Shown here: positions 41,542 through 56,500 of the stretch, piece by piece
Layout of the letters: every line of letters starts with the position of its first letter
Position numbering within the stretch: position 1 is the stretch's first letter
Source: the human T2T-CHM13v2.0 reference genome, Homo sapiens
Length of the DNA: 64,000 bases
Assembly (NCBI RefSeq): GCF_009914755.1
Contig: NC_060943.1
Direction: 5' to 3' (one strand)
Notes under the pieces: model-generated
Database searches by the model: none
Seen by the model: only the letters and a program-made list of their open reading frames with translations
What the model was told of the DNA's origin: nothing
Position numbers and translations under genes: made by a program

Positions 41542-44500
41542 GCATAGAGTAGTTTCAAAACACTATTTTTGTAGAATCTGCAAGTGGACATTTGGACTGC
41601 TTTGAGGCCTTCATCGGAAACGGGAATATCTTCACATAAACACTAGACAGAAGCATTCTCAGAAACTTCTTTGTGATCTGTCCGTTCAACTCACAGAGTT
41701 GAACCTTCCTTTTTATGGAGCAGTTTTGAAACACTGTTTGTGGAGAATCTGCAAGTGGATATTTGGAGCGCCTTGAGGCCAATGGTAGAAAAAGAAATAT
41801 CTGCCTCTAAATACTAGACTGAAGCATTCTGAGAAACTTCTTTGTGATGTTTGCATTCAACTACCAGAGTTGAACCTTCCTTTTGATAGGGCAGTTTGGA
41901 AACACTCTTTTTGTAGAATCTGCATGTGGATATCTGGAGCGATTTGAGGCCTACGGTCAAAAAGGAAATATCTTCCTGGGAAAAATAGACGAAAGCATTC
42001 TCAGAAACTGCTTTGTGATATGTGCATTCGACTCTCCGAGTTGAAACTTTTTTTTGATAGAGCAGTTTTGAAACACTCTGTAGAATCTGAAAGTGGATAT
42101 TTGGAGCTCTTCGAGGGCTATGGCGGAAAAGAAAATATATTCACATTAAACTAGACAGCAGCATTCTCAGAGACTTCTTTAGGATGTTTGCAGTAAACTC
42201 ACAGAGTTGAACATACCTTTCCGTAAAGCAGTTTTGAAACCCTCTGTTTGTGGGATCTGCAAGTGGATATTTGGACCGCTTTGAGACCTTTGCTGGAAAT
42301 GGGAATATCTTCACATATAAACTAGACAGAAGCATTCTCAGAAACTTCTTCGTGATGTGTGCATTCTACTCCCAAATTTGAATCTTCCTTTTCATGAAGC
42401 AGTTTTGAAACACTCTATTTGTGCATTCTACAATTGGATGATTGGAACGCTTTGATGCCCATGGTAGAAAAGGAAATATCCTCATATAAAAACTAGACAG
42501 AAGGATTCACAGAAAATGCTTTGTGATGTGTGCATTCAAATCACGGAGTTGAATCTTTCTTTTGTTAGAGCAGTTTTGAAACACTGTTTCTGTGGAATCT
42601 GCCAGCGGACACTTGGAGCGCTTTGAGGGCTACGGTGGAGAAGGAAATATCTTCACATAAAAACTAGAAAGAAGCATTCTCAGAAACATTTATGTGAAGC
42701 GTGCATTCAACTCACAGAGTTGAACCTTCCTTTTGATAGAACAGTTTTGAAACACTCTTTTGAACAATTGCAGGTGAATCTTTGGAGCGCTTTGAAGCCT
42801 TTGTTGGAAATGGGAATATCTTCACACACAAACTAGCCAGAAGCATTCTCAGAAACTTCTTTGTGATGTGTGCGTTGAACCCAGAGAGATGAACCTTTCC
42901 TTTGATAGAGCAGTTTTGAAACGTGTTTTTGTAAGATCTGCAAGCGGATAATTGGCTTCGCTTTGTGTCCTTTGGTGGAAACGGGAATATCTTCTAATAA
43001 AAACTAGACAGAGATATTCTCAGAAACTTCTTTGTGATGTGGGCATTCAACTAACACAGTCGAACATTTCTTTTCACAGAGCAGTTTTGAAACACTCTTT
43101 TGGTCGAATCTGCCAGTGGATATTTGGAGCGCTTTGAGGGCTATTGTGCCAATGGAAATATCTGCCCCTAAAAACTAGACAGAAGCATTCTCAGAAACTG
43201 CTTTGTGATGTTTGCATTCAACTCACAGAGTTGAACATACCTTTTCATAGAGCAGTTTTGAAAACCTCTTTTTGTAGAATCTGCAAGAGGATATTCGGAC
43301 CACTTTGAGGCCTTCATAGGAAACAGTAATATCTTCACATAAAAACTAGATAGAAGCATTGTCAGAAAGTTCTTTGTGATGTGTGAATTCAACTCACAGA
43401 GTTGAACCTTCCTTTAATAGAGCAGTTTTGAAACACTCTTTTTCTAGAATCTGCAAGTAGATATTTGGAGCGCTTTGAGGCCTTCTTTGGAAACCGGAAT
43501 ATCTTCACATAAAAAGTAGATAGAGGCATGCTCAGAAACTTTTTTGTCATATGTAGATTCAACTCACAGCGTTGAACCTTTCTTTTGATAGAGCAGTTTT
43601 GAAAAACTCTTTTATCGAATCTGCAAGTAGACATTTGGAGTGCTTTGAGGGCTCTGGTGCAAAAGGAAATGTCTTCCCATAGAAACTAGACTGAATCATT
43701 CTCAGCAACTTCTTGGTGACGTTTGCATTCATCTCACAGTGTTGAACATACCTTTGCATAGAGTAGTTTCGAAACACTATTTTTGTAGAATCTGCAAGTG
43801 GACATTTGGACTGCTTTGAGGCCTTCATCGGAAACGGGAATATCTTCACATAAACACTAGACAGAAGCATTCTCAGAAACTTCTTTGTGATCTGTCCGTT
43901 CAACTCACAGAGTTGAACCTTCCTTTTTATGGAGCAGTTTTGAAACACTGTTTGTGGAGAATCTGCAAGTGGATATTTGGAGCGCCTTGAGGCCAATGGT
44001 AGAAAAAGAAATATCTGCCTCTAAATACTAGACTGAAGCATTCTGAGAAACTTCTTTGTGATGTTTGCATTCAACTACCAGAGTTGAACCTTCCTTTTGA
44101 TAGGGCAGTTTGGAAACACTCTTTTTGTAGAATCTGCATGTGGATATCTGGAGCGATTTGAGGCCTACGGTCAAAAAGGAAATATCTTCCTGGGAAAAAT
44201 AGACGAAAGCATTCTCAGAAACTGCTTTGTGATATGTGCATTCGACTCTCCGAGTTGAAACTTTTTTTTGATAGAGCAGTTTTGAAACACTCTGTAGAAT
44301 CTGAAAGTGGATATTTGGAGCTCTTCGAGGGCTATGGCGGAAAAGAAAATATATTCACATTAAACTAGACAGCAGCATTCTCAGAGACTTCTTTAGGATG
44401 TTTGCAGTAAACTCACAGAGTTGAACATACCTTTCCGTAAAGCAGTTTTGAAACCCTCTGTTTGTGGGATCTGCAAGTGGATATTTGGACCGCTTTGAGA

Positions 44501-47500
44501 CCTTTGCTGGAAATGGGAATATCTTCACATATAAACTAGACAGAAGCATTCTCAGAAACTTCTTCGTGATGTGTGCATTCTACTCCCAAATTTGAATCTT
44601 CCTTTTCATGAAGCAGTTTTGAAACACTCTATTTGTGCATTCTACAATTGGATGATTGGAACGCTTTGATGCCCATGGTAGAAAAGGAAATATCCTCATA
44701 TAAAAACTAGACAGAAGGATTCACAGAAAATGCTTTGTGATGTGTGCATTCAAATCACGGAGTTGAATCTTTCTTTTGTTAGAGCAGTTTTGAAACACTG
44801 TTTCTGTGGAATCTGCCAGCGGACACTTGGAGCGCTTTGAGGGCTACGGTGGAGAAGGAAATATCTTCACATAAAAACTAGAAAGAAGCATTCTCAGAAA
44901 CATTTATGTGAAGCGTGCATTCAACTCACAGAGTTGAACCTTCCTTTTGATAGAACAGTTTTGAAACACTCTTTTGAACAATTGCAGGTGAATCTTTGGA
45001 GCGCTTTGAAGCCTTTGTTGGAAATGGGAATATCTTCACACACAAACTAGCCAGAAGCATTCTCAGAAACTTCTTTGTGATGTGTGCGTTGAACCCAGAG
45101 AGATGAACCTTTCCTTTGATAGAGCAGTTTTGAAACGTGTTTTTGTAAGATCTGCAAGCGGATAATTGGCTTCGCTTTGTGTCCTTTGGTGGAAACGGGA
45201 ATATCTTCTAATAAAAACTAGACAGAGATATTCTCAGAAACTTCTTTGTGATGTGGGCATTCAACTAACACAGTCGAACATTTCTTTTCACAGAGCAGTT
45301 TTGAAACACTCTTTTGGTCGAATCTGCCAGTGGATATTTGGAGCGCTTTGAGGGCTATTGTGCCAATGGAAATATCTGCCCCTAAAAACTAGACAGAAGC
45401 ATTCTCAGAAACTGCTTTGTGATGTTTGCATTCAACTCACAGAGTTGAACATACCTTTTCATAGAGCAGTTTTGAAAACCTCTTTTTGTAGAATCTGCAA
45501 GAGGATATTCGGACCACTTTGAGGCCTTCATAGGAAACAGTAATATCTTCACATAAAAACTAGATAGAAGCATTGTCAGAAAGTTCTTTGTGATGTGTGA
45601 ATTCAACTCACAGAGTTGAACCTTCCTTTAATAGAGCAGTTTTGAAACACTCTTTTTCTAGAATCTGCAAGTAGATATTTGGAGCGCTTTGAGGCCTTCT
45701 TTGGAAACCGGAATATCTTCACATAAAAAGTAGATAGAGGCATGCTCAGAAACTTTTTTGTCATATGTAGATTCAACTCACAGCGTTGAACCTTTCTTTT
45801 GATAGAGCAGTTTTGAAAAACTCTTTTATCGAATCTGCAAGTAGACATTTGGAGTGCTTTGAGGGCTCTGGTGCAAAAGGAAATGTCTTCCCATAGAAAC
45901 TAGACTGAATCATTCTCAGCAACTTCTTGGTGACGTTTGCATTCATCTCACAGTGTTGAACATACCTTTGCATAGAGTAGTTTCGAAACACTATTTTTGT
46001 AGAATCTGCAAGTGGACATTTGGACTGCTTTGAGGCCTTCATCGGAAACGGGAATATCTTCACATAAACACTAGACAGAAGCATTCTCAGAAACTTCTTT
46101 GTGATCTGTCCGTTCAACTCACAGAGTTGAACCTTCCTTTTTATGGAGCAGTTTTGAAACACTGTTTGTGGAGAATCTGCAAGTGGATATTTGGAGCGCC
46201 TTGAGGCCAATGGTAGAAAAAGAAATATCTGCCTCTAAATACTAGACTGAAGCATTCTGAGAAACTTCTTTGTGATGTTTGCATTCAACTACCAGAGTTG
46301 AACCTTCCTTTTGATAGGGCAGTTTGGAAACACTCTTTTTGTAGAATCTGCATGTGGATATCTGGAGCGATTTGAGGCCTACGGTCAAAAAGGAAATATC
46401 TTCCTGGGAAAAATAGACGAAAGCATTCTCAGAAACTGCTTTGTGATATGTGCATTCGACTCTCCGAGTTGAAACTTTTTTTTGATAGAGCAGTTTTGAA
46501 ACACTCTGTAGAATCTGAAAGTGGATATTTGGAGCTCTTCGAGGGCTATGGCGGAAAAGAAAATATATTCACATTAAACTAGACAGCAGCATTCTCAGAG
46601 ACTTCTTTAGGATGTTTGCAGTAAACTCACAGAGTTGAACATACCTTTCCGTAAAGCAGTTTTGAAACCCTCTGTTTGTGGGATCTGCAAGTGGATATTT
46701 GGACCGCTTTGAGACCTTTGCTGGAAATGGGAATATCTTCACATATAAACTAGACAGAAGCATTCTCAGAAACTTCTTCGTGATGTGTGCATTCTACTCC
46801 CAAATTTGAATCTTCCTTTTCATGAAGCAGTTTTGAAACACTCTATTTGTGCATTCTACAATTGGATGATTGGAACGCTTTGATGCCCATGGTAGAAAAG
46901 GAAATATCCTCATATAAAAACTAGACAGAAGGATTCACAGAAAATGCTTTGTGATGTGTGCATTCAAATCACGGAGTTGAATCTTTCTTTTGTTAGAGCA
47001 GTTTTGAAACACTGTTTCTGTGGAATCTGCCAGCGGACACTTGGAGCGCTTTGAGGGCTACGGTGGAGAAGGAAATATCTTCACATAAAAACTAGAAAGA
47101 AGCATTCTCGGAAACATTTATGTGAAGCGTGCATTCAACTCACAGAGTTGAACCTTCCTTTTGATAGAACAGTTTTGAAACACTCTTTTGAACAATTACA
47201 GGTGAATCTTTGGAGCGCTTTGAAGCCATTGTTGGAAATGGGAATATCTTCACACACAAACTAGCCAGAAGCATTCTCAGAAACTTCTTTGTGATGTGTG
47301 CGTTGAACCCAGAGAGATGAACCTTTCCTTTGATAGAGCAGTTTTGAAACGTGTTTTTGTAAGATCTGCAAGCGGATAATTGGCTTCGCTTTGTGTCCTT
47401 TGGTGGAAACGGGAATATCTTCTAATAAAAACTAGACAGAGATATTCTCAGAAATTTCTTTGTGATGTGGGCATTCAACTAACACAGTCGAACATTTCTT

Positions 47501-50500
47501 TTCACAGAGCAGTTTTGAAACACTCTTTTGGTCGAATCTGCCAGTGGATATTTGGAGCGCTTTGAGGGCTATTGTGCCAATGGAAATATCTGCCCCTAAA
47601 AACTAGACAGAAGCATTCTCAGAAACTGCTTTGTGATGTTTGCATTCAACTCACAGAGTTGAACATACCTTTTCATAGAGCAGTTTTGAAAACCTCTTTT
47701 TGTAGAATCTGCAAGAGGATATTCGGACCACTTTGAGGCCTTCATAGGAAACAGTAATATCTTCACATAAAAACTAGATAGAAGCATTGTCAGAAAGTTC
47801 TTTGTGATGTGTGAATTCCACTCACAGAGTTGAACCTTCCTTTAATAGAGCAGTTTTGAAACACTCTTTTTCTAGAATCTGCAAGTAGATATTTGGAGCG
47901 CTTTGAGGCCTTCTTTGGAAACCGGAATATCTTCACATAAAAAGTAGATAGAGGCATGCTCAGAAACTTTTTTGTCATATGTAGATTCAACTCACAGCGT
48001 TGAACCTTTCTTTTGATAGAGCAGTTTTGAAAAACTCTTTTATCGAATCTGCAAGTAGACATTTGGAGTGCTTTGAGGGCTCTGGTGCAAAAGGAAATGT
48101 CTTCCCATAGAAACTAGACTGAATCATTCTCAGCAACTTCTTGGTGACGTTTGCATTCATCTCACAGTGTTGAACATACCTTTGCATAGAGTAGTTTCGA
48201 AACACTATTTTTGTAGAATCTGCAAGTGGACATTTGGACTGCTTTGAGGCCTTCATCGGAAACGGGAATATCTTCACATAAACACTAGACAGAAGCATTC
48301 TCAGAAACTTCTTTGTGATCTGTCCGTTCAACTCACAGAGTTGAACCTTCCTTTTTATGGAGCAGTTTTGAAACACTGTTTGTGGAGAATCTGCAAGTGG
48401 ATATTTGGAGCGCCTTGAGGCCAATGGTAGAAAAAGAAATATCTGCCTCTAAATACTAGACTGAAGCATTCTGAGAAACTTCTTTGTGATGTTTGCATTC
48501 AACTACCAGAGTTGAACCTTCCTTTTGATAGGGCAGTTTGGAAACACTCTTTTTGTAGAATCTGCATGTGGATATCTGGAGCGATTTGAGGCCTACGGTC
48601 AAAAAGGAAATATCTTCCTGGGAAAAATAGACGAAAGCATTCTCAGAAACTGCTTTGTGATATGTGCATTCGACTCTCCGAGTTGAAACTTTTTTTTGAT
48701 AGAGCAGTTTTGAAACACTCTGTAGAATCTGAAAGTGGATATTTGGAGCTCTTCGAGGGCTATGGCGGAAAAGAAAATATATTCACATTAAACTAGACAG
48801 CAGCATTCTCAGAGACTTCTTTAGGATGTTTGCAGTAAACTCACAGAGTTGAACATACCTTTCCGTAAAGCAGTTTTGAAACCCTCTGTTTGTGGGATCT
48901 GCAAGTGGATATTTGGACCGCTTTGAGACCTTTGCTGGAAATGGGAATATCTTCACATATAAACTAGACAGAAGCATTCTCAGAAACTTCTTCGTGATGT
49001 GTGCATTCTACTCCCAAATTTGAATCTTCCTTTTCATGAAGCAGTTTTGAAACACTCTATTTGTGCATTCTACAATTGGATGATTGGAACGCTTTGATGC
49101 CCATGGTAGAAAAGGAAATATCCTCATATAAAAACTAGACAGAAGGATTCACAGAAAATGCTTTGTGATGTGTGCATTCAAATCACGGAGTTGAATCTTT
49201 CTTTTGTTAGAGCAGTTTTGAAACACTGTTTCTGTGGAATCTGCCAGCGGACACTTGGAGCGCTTTGAGGGCTACGGTGGAGAAGGAAATATCTTCACAT
49301 AAAAACTAGAAAGAAGCATTCTCGGAAACATTTATGTGAAGCGTGCATTCAACTCACAGAGTTGAACCTTCCTTTTGATAGAACAGTTTTGAAACACTCT
49401 TTTGAACAATTGCAGGTGAATCTTTGGAGCGCTTTGAAGCCTTTGTTGGAAATGGGAATATCTTCACACACAAACTAGCCAGAAGCATTCTCAGAAACTT
49501 CTTTGTGATGTGTGCGTTGAACCCAGAGAGATGAACCTTTCCTTTGATAGAGCAGTTTTGAAACGTGTTTTTGTAAGATCTGCAAGCGGATAATTGGCTT
49601 CGCTTTGTGTCCTTTGGTGGAAACGGGAATATCTTCTAATAAAAACTAGACAGAGATATTCTCAGAAACTTCTTTGTGATGTGGGCATTCAACTAACACA
49701 GTCGAACATTTCTTTTCACAGAGCAGTTTTGAAACACTCTTTTGGACGAATCTGCCAGTGGATATTTGGAGCGCTTTGAGGGCTATTGTGCCAATGGAAA
49801 TATCTGCCCCTAAAAACTAGACAGAAGCATTCTCAGAAACTGCTTTGTGATGTTTGCATTCAACTCACAGAGTTGAACATACCTTTTCATAGAGCAGTTT
49901 TGAAAACCTCTTTTTGTAGAATCTGCAAGAGGATATTCGGACCACTTTGAGGCCTTCATAGGAAACAGTAATATCTTCACATAAAAACTAGATAGAAGCA
50001 TTGTCAGAAAGTTCTTTGTGATGTGTGAATTCAACTCACAGAGTTGAACCTTCCTTTAATAGAGCAGTTTTGAAACACTCTTTTTCTAGAATCTGCAAGT
50101 AGATATTTGGAGCGCTTTGAGGCCTTCTTTGGAAACCGGAATATCTTCACATAAAAAGTAGATAGAGGCATGCTCAGAAACTTTTTTGTCATATGTAGAT
50201 TCAACTCACAGCGTTGAACCTTTCTTTTGATAGAGCAGTTTTGAAAAACTCTTTTATCGAATCTGCAAGTAGACATTTGGAGTGCTTTGAGGGCTCTGGT
50301 GCAAAAGGAAATGTCTTCCCATAGAAACTAGACTGAATCATTCTCAGCAACTTCTTGGTGACGTTTGCATTCATCTCACAGTGTTGAACATACCTTTGCA
50401 TAGAGTAGTTTCGAAACACTATTTTTGTAGAATCTGCAAGTGGACATTTGGACTGCTTTGAGGCCTTCATCGGAAACGGGAATATCTTCACATAAACACT

Positions 50501-53500
50501 AGACAGAAGCATTCTCAGAAACTTCTTTGTGATCTGTCCGTTCAACTCACAGAGTTGAACCTTCCTTTTTATGGAGCAGTTTTGAAACACTGTTTGTGGA
50601 GAATCTGCAAGTGGATATTTGGAGCGCCTTGAGGCCAATGGTAGAAAAAGAAATATCTGCCTCTAAATACTAGACTGAAGCATTCTGAGAAACTTCTTTG
50701 TGATGTTTGCATTCAACTACCAGAGTTGAACCTTCCTTTTGATAGGGCAGTTTGGAAACACTCTTTTTGTAGAATCTGCATGTGGATATCTGGAGCGATT
50801 TGAGGCCTACGGTCAAAAAGGAAATATCTTCCTGGGAAAAATAGACGAAAGCATTCTCAGAAACTGCTTTGTGATATGTGCATTCGACTCTCCGAGTTGA
50901 AACTTTTTTTTGATAGAGCAGTTTTGAAACACTCTGTAGAATCTGAAAGTGGATATTTGGAGCTCTTCGAGGGCTATGGCGGAAAAGAAAATATATTCAC
51001 ATTAAACTAGACAGCAGCATTCTCAGAGACTTCTTTAGGATGTTTGCAGTAAACTCACAGAGTTGAACATACCTTTCCGTAAAGCAGTTTTGAAACCCTC
51101 TGTTTGTGGGATCTGCAAGTGGATATTTGGACCGCTTTGAGACCTTTGCTGGAAATGGGAATATCTTCACATATAAACTAGACAGAAGCATTCTCAGAAA
51201 CTTCTTCGTGATGTGTGCATTCTACTCCCAAATTTGAATCTTCCTTTTCATGAAGCAGTTTTGAAACACTCTATTTGTGCATTCTACAATTGGATGATTG
51301 GAACGCTTTGATGCCCATGGTAGAAAAGGAAATATCCTCATATAAAAACTAGACAGAAGGATTCACAGAAAATGCTTTGTGATGTGTGCATTCAAATCAC
51401 GGAGTTGAATCTTTCTTTTGTTAGAGCAGTTTTGAAACACTGTTTCTGTGGAATCTGCCAGCGGACACTTGGAGCGCTTTGAGGGCTACGGTGGAGAAGG
51501 AAATATCTTCACATAAAAACTAGAAAGAAGCATTCTCGGAAACATTTATGTGAAGCGTGCATTCAACTCACAGAGTTGAACCTTCCTTTTGATAGAACAG
51601 TTTTGAAACACTCTTTTGAACAATTGCAGGTGAATCTTTGGAGCGCTTTGAAGCCTTTGTTGGAAATGGGAATATCTTCACACACAAACTAGCCAGAAGC
51701 ATTCTCAGAAACTTCTTTGTGATGTGTGCGTTGAACCCAGAGAGATGAACCTTTCCTTTGATAGAGCAGTTTTGAAACGTGTTTTTGTAAGATCTGCAAG
51801 CGGATAATTGGCTTCGCTTTGTGTCCTTTGGTGGAAACGGGAATATCTTCTAATAAAAACTAGACAGAGATATTCTCAGAAACTTCTTTGTGATGTGGGC
51901 ATTCAACTAACACAGTCGAACATTTCTTTTCACAGAGCAGTTTTGAAACACTCTTTTGGACGAATCTGCCAGTGGATATTTGGAGCGCTTTGAGGGCTAT
52001 TGTGCCAATGGAAATATCTGCCCCTAAAAACTAGACAGAAGCATTCTCAGAAACTGCTTTGTGATGTTTGCATTCAACTCACAGAGTTGAACATACCTTT
52101 TCATAGAGCAGTTTTGAAAACCTCTTTTTGTAGAATCTGCAAGAGGATATTCGGACCACTTTGAGGCCTTCATAGGAAACAGTAATATCTTCACATAAAA
52201 ACTAGATAGAAGCATTGTCAGAAAGTTCTTTGTGATGTGTGAATTCAACTCACAGAGTTGAACCTTCCTTTAATAGAGCAGTTTTGAAACACTCTTTTTC
52301 TAGAATCTGCAAGTAGATATTTGGAGCGCTTTGAGGCCTTCTTTGGAAACCGGAATATCTTCACATAAAAAGTAGATAGAGGCATGCTCAGAAACTTTTT
52401 TGTCATATGTAGATTCAACTCACAGCGTTGAACCTTTCTTTTGATAGAGCAGTTTTGAAAAACTCTTTTATCGAATCTGCAAGTAGACATTTGGAGTGCT
52501 TTGAGGGCTCTGGTGCAAAAGGAAATGTCTTCCCATAGAAGCTAGACTGAATCATTCTCAGCAACTTCTTGGTGACGTTTGCATTCATCTCACAGTGTTG
52601 AACATACCTTTGCATAGAGTAGTTTCGAAACACTATTTTTGTAGAATCTGCAAGTGGACATTTGGACTGCTTTGAGGCCTTCATCGGAAACGGGAATATC
52701 TTCACATAAACACTAGACAGAAGCAATCTCAGAAACTTCTTTGTGATCTGTCCGTTCAACTCACAGAGTTGAACCTTCCTTTTTATGGAGCAGTTTTGAA
52801 ACACTGTTTGTGGAGAATCTGCAAGTGGATATTTGGAGCGCCTTGAGGCCAATGGTAGAAAAAGAAATATCTGCCTCTAAATACTAGACTGAAGCATTCT
52901 GAGAAACTTCTTTGTGATGTTTGCATTCAACTACCAGAGTTGAACCTTCCTTTTGATAGGGCAGTTTGGAAACACTCTTTTTGTAGAATCTGCATGTGGA
53001 TATCTGGAGCGATTTGAGGCCTACGGTCAAAAAGGAAATATCTTCCTGGGAAAAATAGACGAAAGCATTCTCAGAAACTGCTTTGTGATATGTGCATTCG
53101 ACTCTCCGAGTTGAAACTTTTTTTTGATAGAGCAGTTTTGAAACACTCTGTAGAATCTGAAAGTGGATATTTGGAGCTCTTCGAGGGCTATGGCGGAAAA
53201 GAAAATATATTCACATTAAACTAGACAGCAGCATTCTCAGAGACTTCTTTAGGATGTTTGCAGTAAACTCACAGAGTTGAACATACCTTTCCGTAAAGCA
53301 GTTTTGAAACCCTCTGTTTGTGGGATCTGCAAGTGGATATTTGGACCGCTTTGAGACCTTTGCTGGAAATGGGAATATCTTCACATATAAACTAGACAGA
53401 AACATTCTCAGAAACTTCTTCGTGATGTGTGCATTCTACTCCCAAATTTGAATCTTCCTTTTCATGAAGCAGTTTTGAAACACTCTATTTGTGCATTCTA

Positions 53501-56500
53501 CAATTGGATGATTGGAACGCTTTGATGCCCATGGTAGAAAAGGAAATATCCTCATATAAAAACTAGACAGAAGGATTCACAGAAAATGCTTTGTGATGTG
53601 TGCATTCAAATCACGGAGTTGAATCTTTCTTTTGTTAGAGCAGTTTTGAAACACTGTTTCTGTGGAATCTGCCAGCGGACACTTGGAGCGCTTTGAGGGC
53701 TACGGTGGAGAAGGAAATATCTTCACATAAAAACTAGAAAGAAGCATTCTCGGAAACATTTATGTGAAGCGTGCATTCAACTCACAGAGTTGAACCTTCC
53801 TTTTGATAGAACAGTTTTGAAACACTCTTTTGAACAATTACAGGTGAATCTTTGGAGCGCTTTGAAGCCTTTGTTGGAAATGGGAATATCTTCACACACA
53901 AACTAGCCAGAAGCATTCTCAGAAACTTCTTTGTGATGTGTGCGTTGAACCCAGAGAGATGAACCTTTCCTTTGATAGAGCAGTTTTGAAACGTGTTTTT
54001 GTAAGATCTGCAAGCGGATAATTGGCTTCGCTTTGTGTCCTTTGGTGGAAACGGGAATATCTTCTAATAAAAACTAGACAGAGATATTCTCAGAAACTTC
54101 TTTGTGATGTGGGCATTCAACTAACACAGTCGAACATTTCTTTTCACAGAGCAGTTTTGAAACACTCTTTTGGTCGAATCTGCCAGTGGATATTTGGAGC
54201 GCTTTGAGGGCTATTGTGCCAATGGAAATATCTGCCCCTAAAAACTAGACAGAAGCATTCTCAGAAACTGCTTTGTGATGTTTGCATTCAACTCACAGAG
54301 TTGAACATACCTTTTCATAGAGCAGTTTTGAAAACCTCTTTTTGTAGAATCTGCAAGAGGATATTCGGACCACTTTGAGGCCTTCATAGGAAACAGTAAT
54401 ATCTTCACATAAAAACTAGATAGAAGCATTGTCAGAAAGTTCTTTGTGATGTGTGAATTCAACTCACAGAGTTGAACCTTCCTTTAATAGAGCAGTTTTG
54501 AAACACTCTTTTTCTAGAATCTGCAAGTAGATATTTGGAGCGCTTTGAGGCCTTCTTTGGAAACCGGAATATCTTCACATAAAAAGTAGATAGAGGCATG
54601 CTCAGAAACTTTTTTGTCATATGTAGATTCAACTCACAGCGTTGAACCTTTCTTTTGATAGAGCAGTTTTGAAAAACTCTTTTATCGAATCTGCAAGTAG
54701 ACATTTGGAGTGCTTTGAGGGCTCTGGTGCAAAAGGAAATGTCTTCCCATAGAAACTAGACTGAATCATTCTCAGCAACTTCTTGGTGACGTTTGCATTC
54801 ATCTCACAGTGTTGAACATACCTTTGCATAGAGTAGTTTCGAAACACTATTTTTGTAGAATCTGCAAGTGGACATTTGGACTGCTTTGAGGCCTTCATCG
54901 GAAACGGGAATATCTTCACATAAACACTAGACAGAAGCATTCTCAGAAACTTCTTTGTGATCTGTCCGTTCAACTCACAGAGTTGAACCTTCCTTTTTAT
55001 GGAGCAGTTTTGAAACACTGTTTGTGGAGAATCTGCAAGTGGATATTTGGAGCGCCTTGAGGCCAATGGTAGAAAAAGAAATATCTGCCTCTAAATACTA
55101 GACTGAAGCATTCTGAGAAACTTCTTTGTGATGTTTGCATTCAACTACCAGAGTTGAACCTTCCTTTTGATAGGGCAGTTTGGAAACACTCTTTTTGTAG
55201 AATCTGCATGTGGATATCTGGAGCGATTTGAGGCCTACGGTCAAAAAGGAAATATCTTCCTGGGAAAAATAGACGAAAGCATTCTCAGAAACTGCTTTGT
55301 GATATGTGCATTCGACTCTCCGAGTTGAAACTTTTTTTTGATAGAGCAGTTTTGAAACACTCTGTAGAATCTGAAAGTGGATATTTGGAGCTCTTCGAGG
55401 GCTATGGCGGAAAAGAAAATATATTCACATTAAACTAGACAGCAGCATTCTCAGAGACTTCTTTAGGATGTTTGCAGTAAACTCACAGAGTTGAACATAC
55501 CTTTCCGTAAAGCAGTTTTGAAACCCTCTGTTTGTGGGATCTGCAAGTGGATATTTGGACCGCTTTGAGACCTTTGCTGGAAATGGGAATATCTTCACAT
55601 ATAAACTAGACAGAAGCATTCTCAGAAACTTCTTCGTGATGTGTGCATTCTACTCCCAAATTTGAATCTTCCTTTTCATGAAGCAGTTTTGAAACACTCT
55701 ATTTGTGCATTCTACAATTGGATGATTGGAACGCTTTGATGCCCATGGTAGAAAAGGAAATATCCTCATATAAAAACTAGACAGAAGGATTCACAGAAAA
55801 TGCTTTGTGATGTGTGCATTCAAATCACGGAGTTGAATCTTTCTTTTGTTAGAGCAGTTTTGAAACACTGTTTCTGTGGAATCTGCCAGCGGACACTTGG
55901 AGCGCTTTGAGGGCTACGGTGGAGAAGGAAATATCTTCACATAAAAACTAGAAAGAAGCATTCTCAGAAACATTTATGTGAAGCGTGCATTCAACTCACA
56001 GAGTTGAACCTTCCTTTTGATAGAACAGTTTTGAAACACTCTTTTGAACAATTACAGGTGAATCTTTGGAGCGCTTTGAAGCCTTTGTTGGAAATGGGAA
56101 TATCTTCACACACAAACTAGCCAGAAGCATTCTCAGAAACTTCTTTGTGATGTGTGCGTTGAACCCAGAGAGATGAACCTTTCCTTTGATAGAGCAGTTT
56201 TGAAACGTGTTTTTGTAAGATCTGCAAGCGGATAATTGGCTTCGCTTTGTGTCCTTTGGTGGAAACGGGAATATCTTCTAATAAAAACTAGACAGAGATA
56301 TTCTCAGAAATTTCTTTGTGATGTGGGCATTCAACTAACACAGTCGAACATTTCTTTTCACAGAGCAGTTTTGAAACACTCTTTTGGTCGAATCTGCCAG
56401 TGGATATTTGGAGCGCTTTGAGGGCTATTGTGCCAATGGAAATATCTGCCCCTAAAAACTAGACAGAAGCATTCTCAGAAACTGCTTTGTGATGTTTGCA

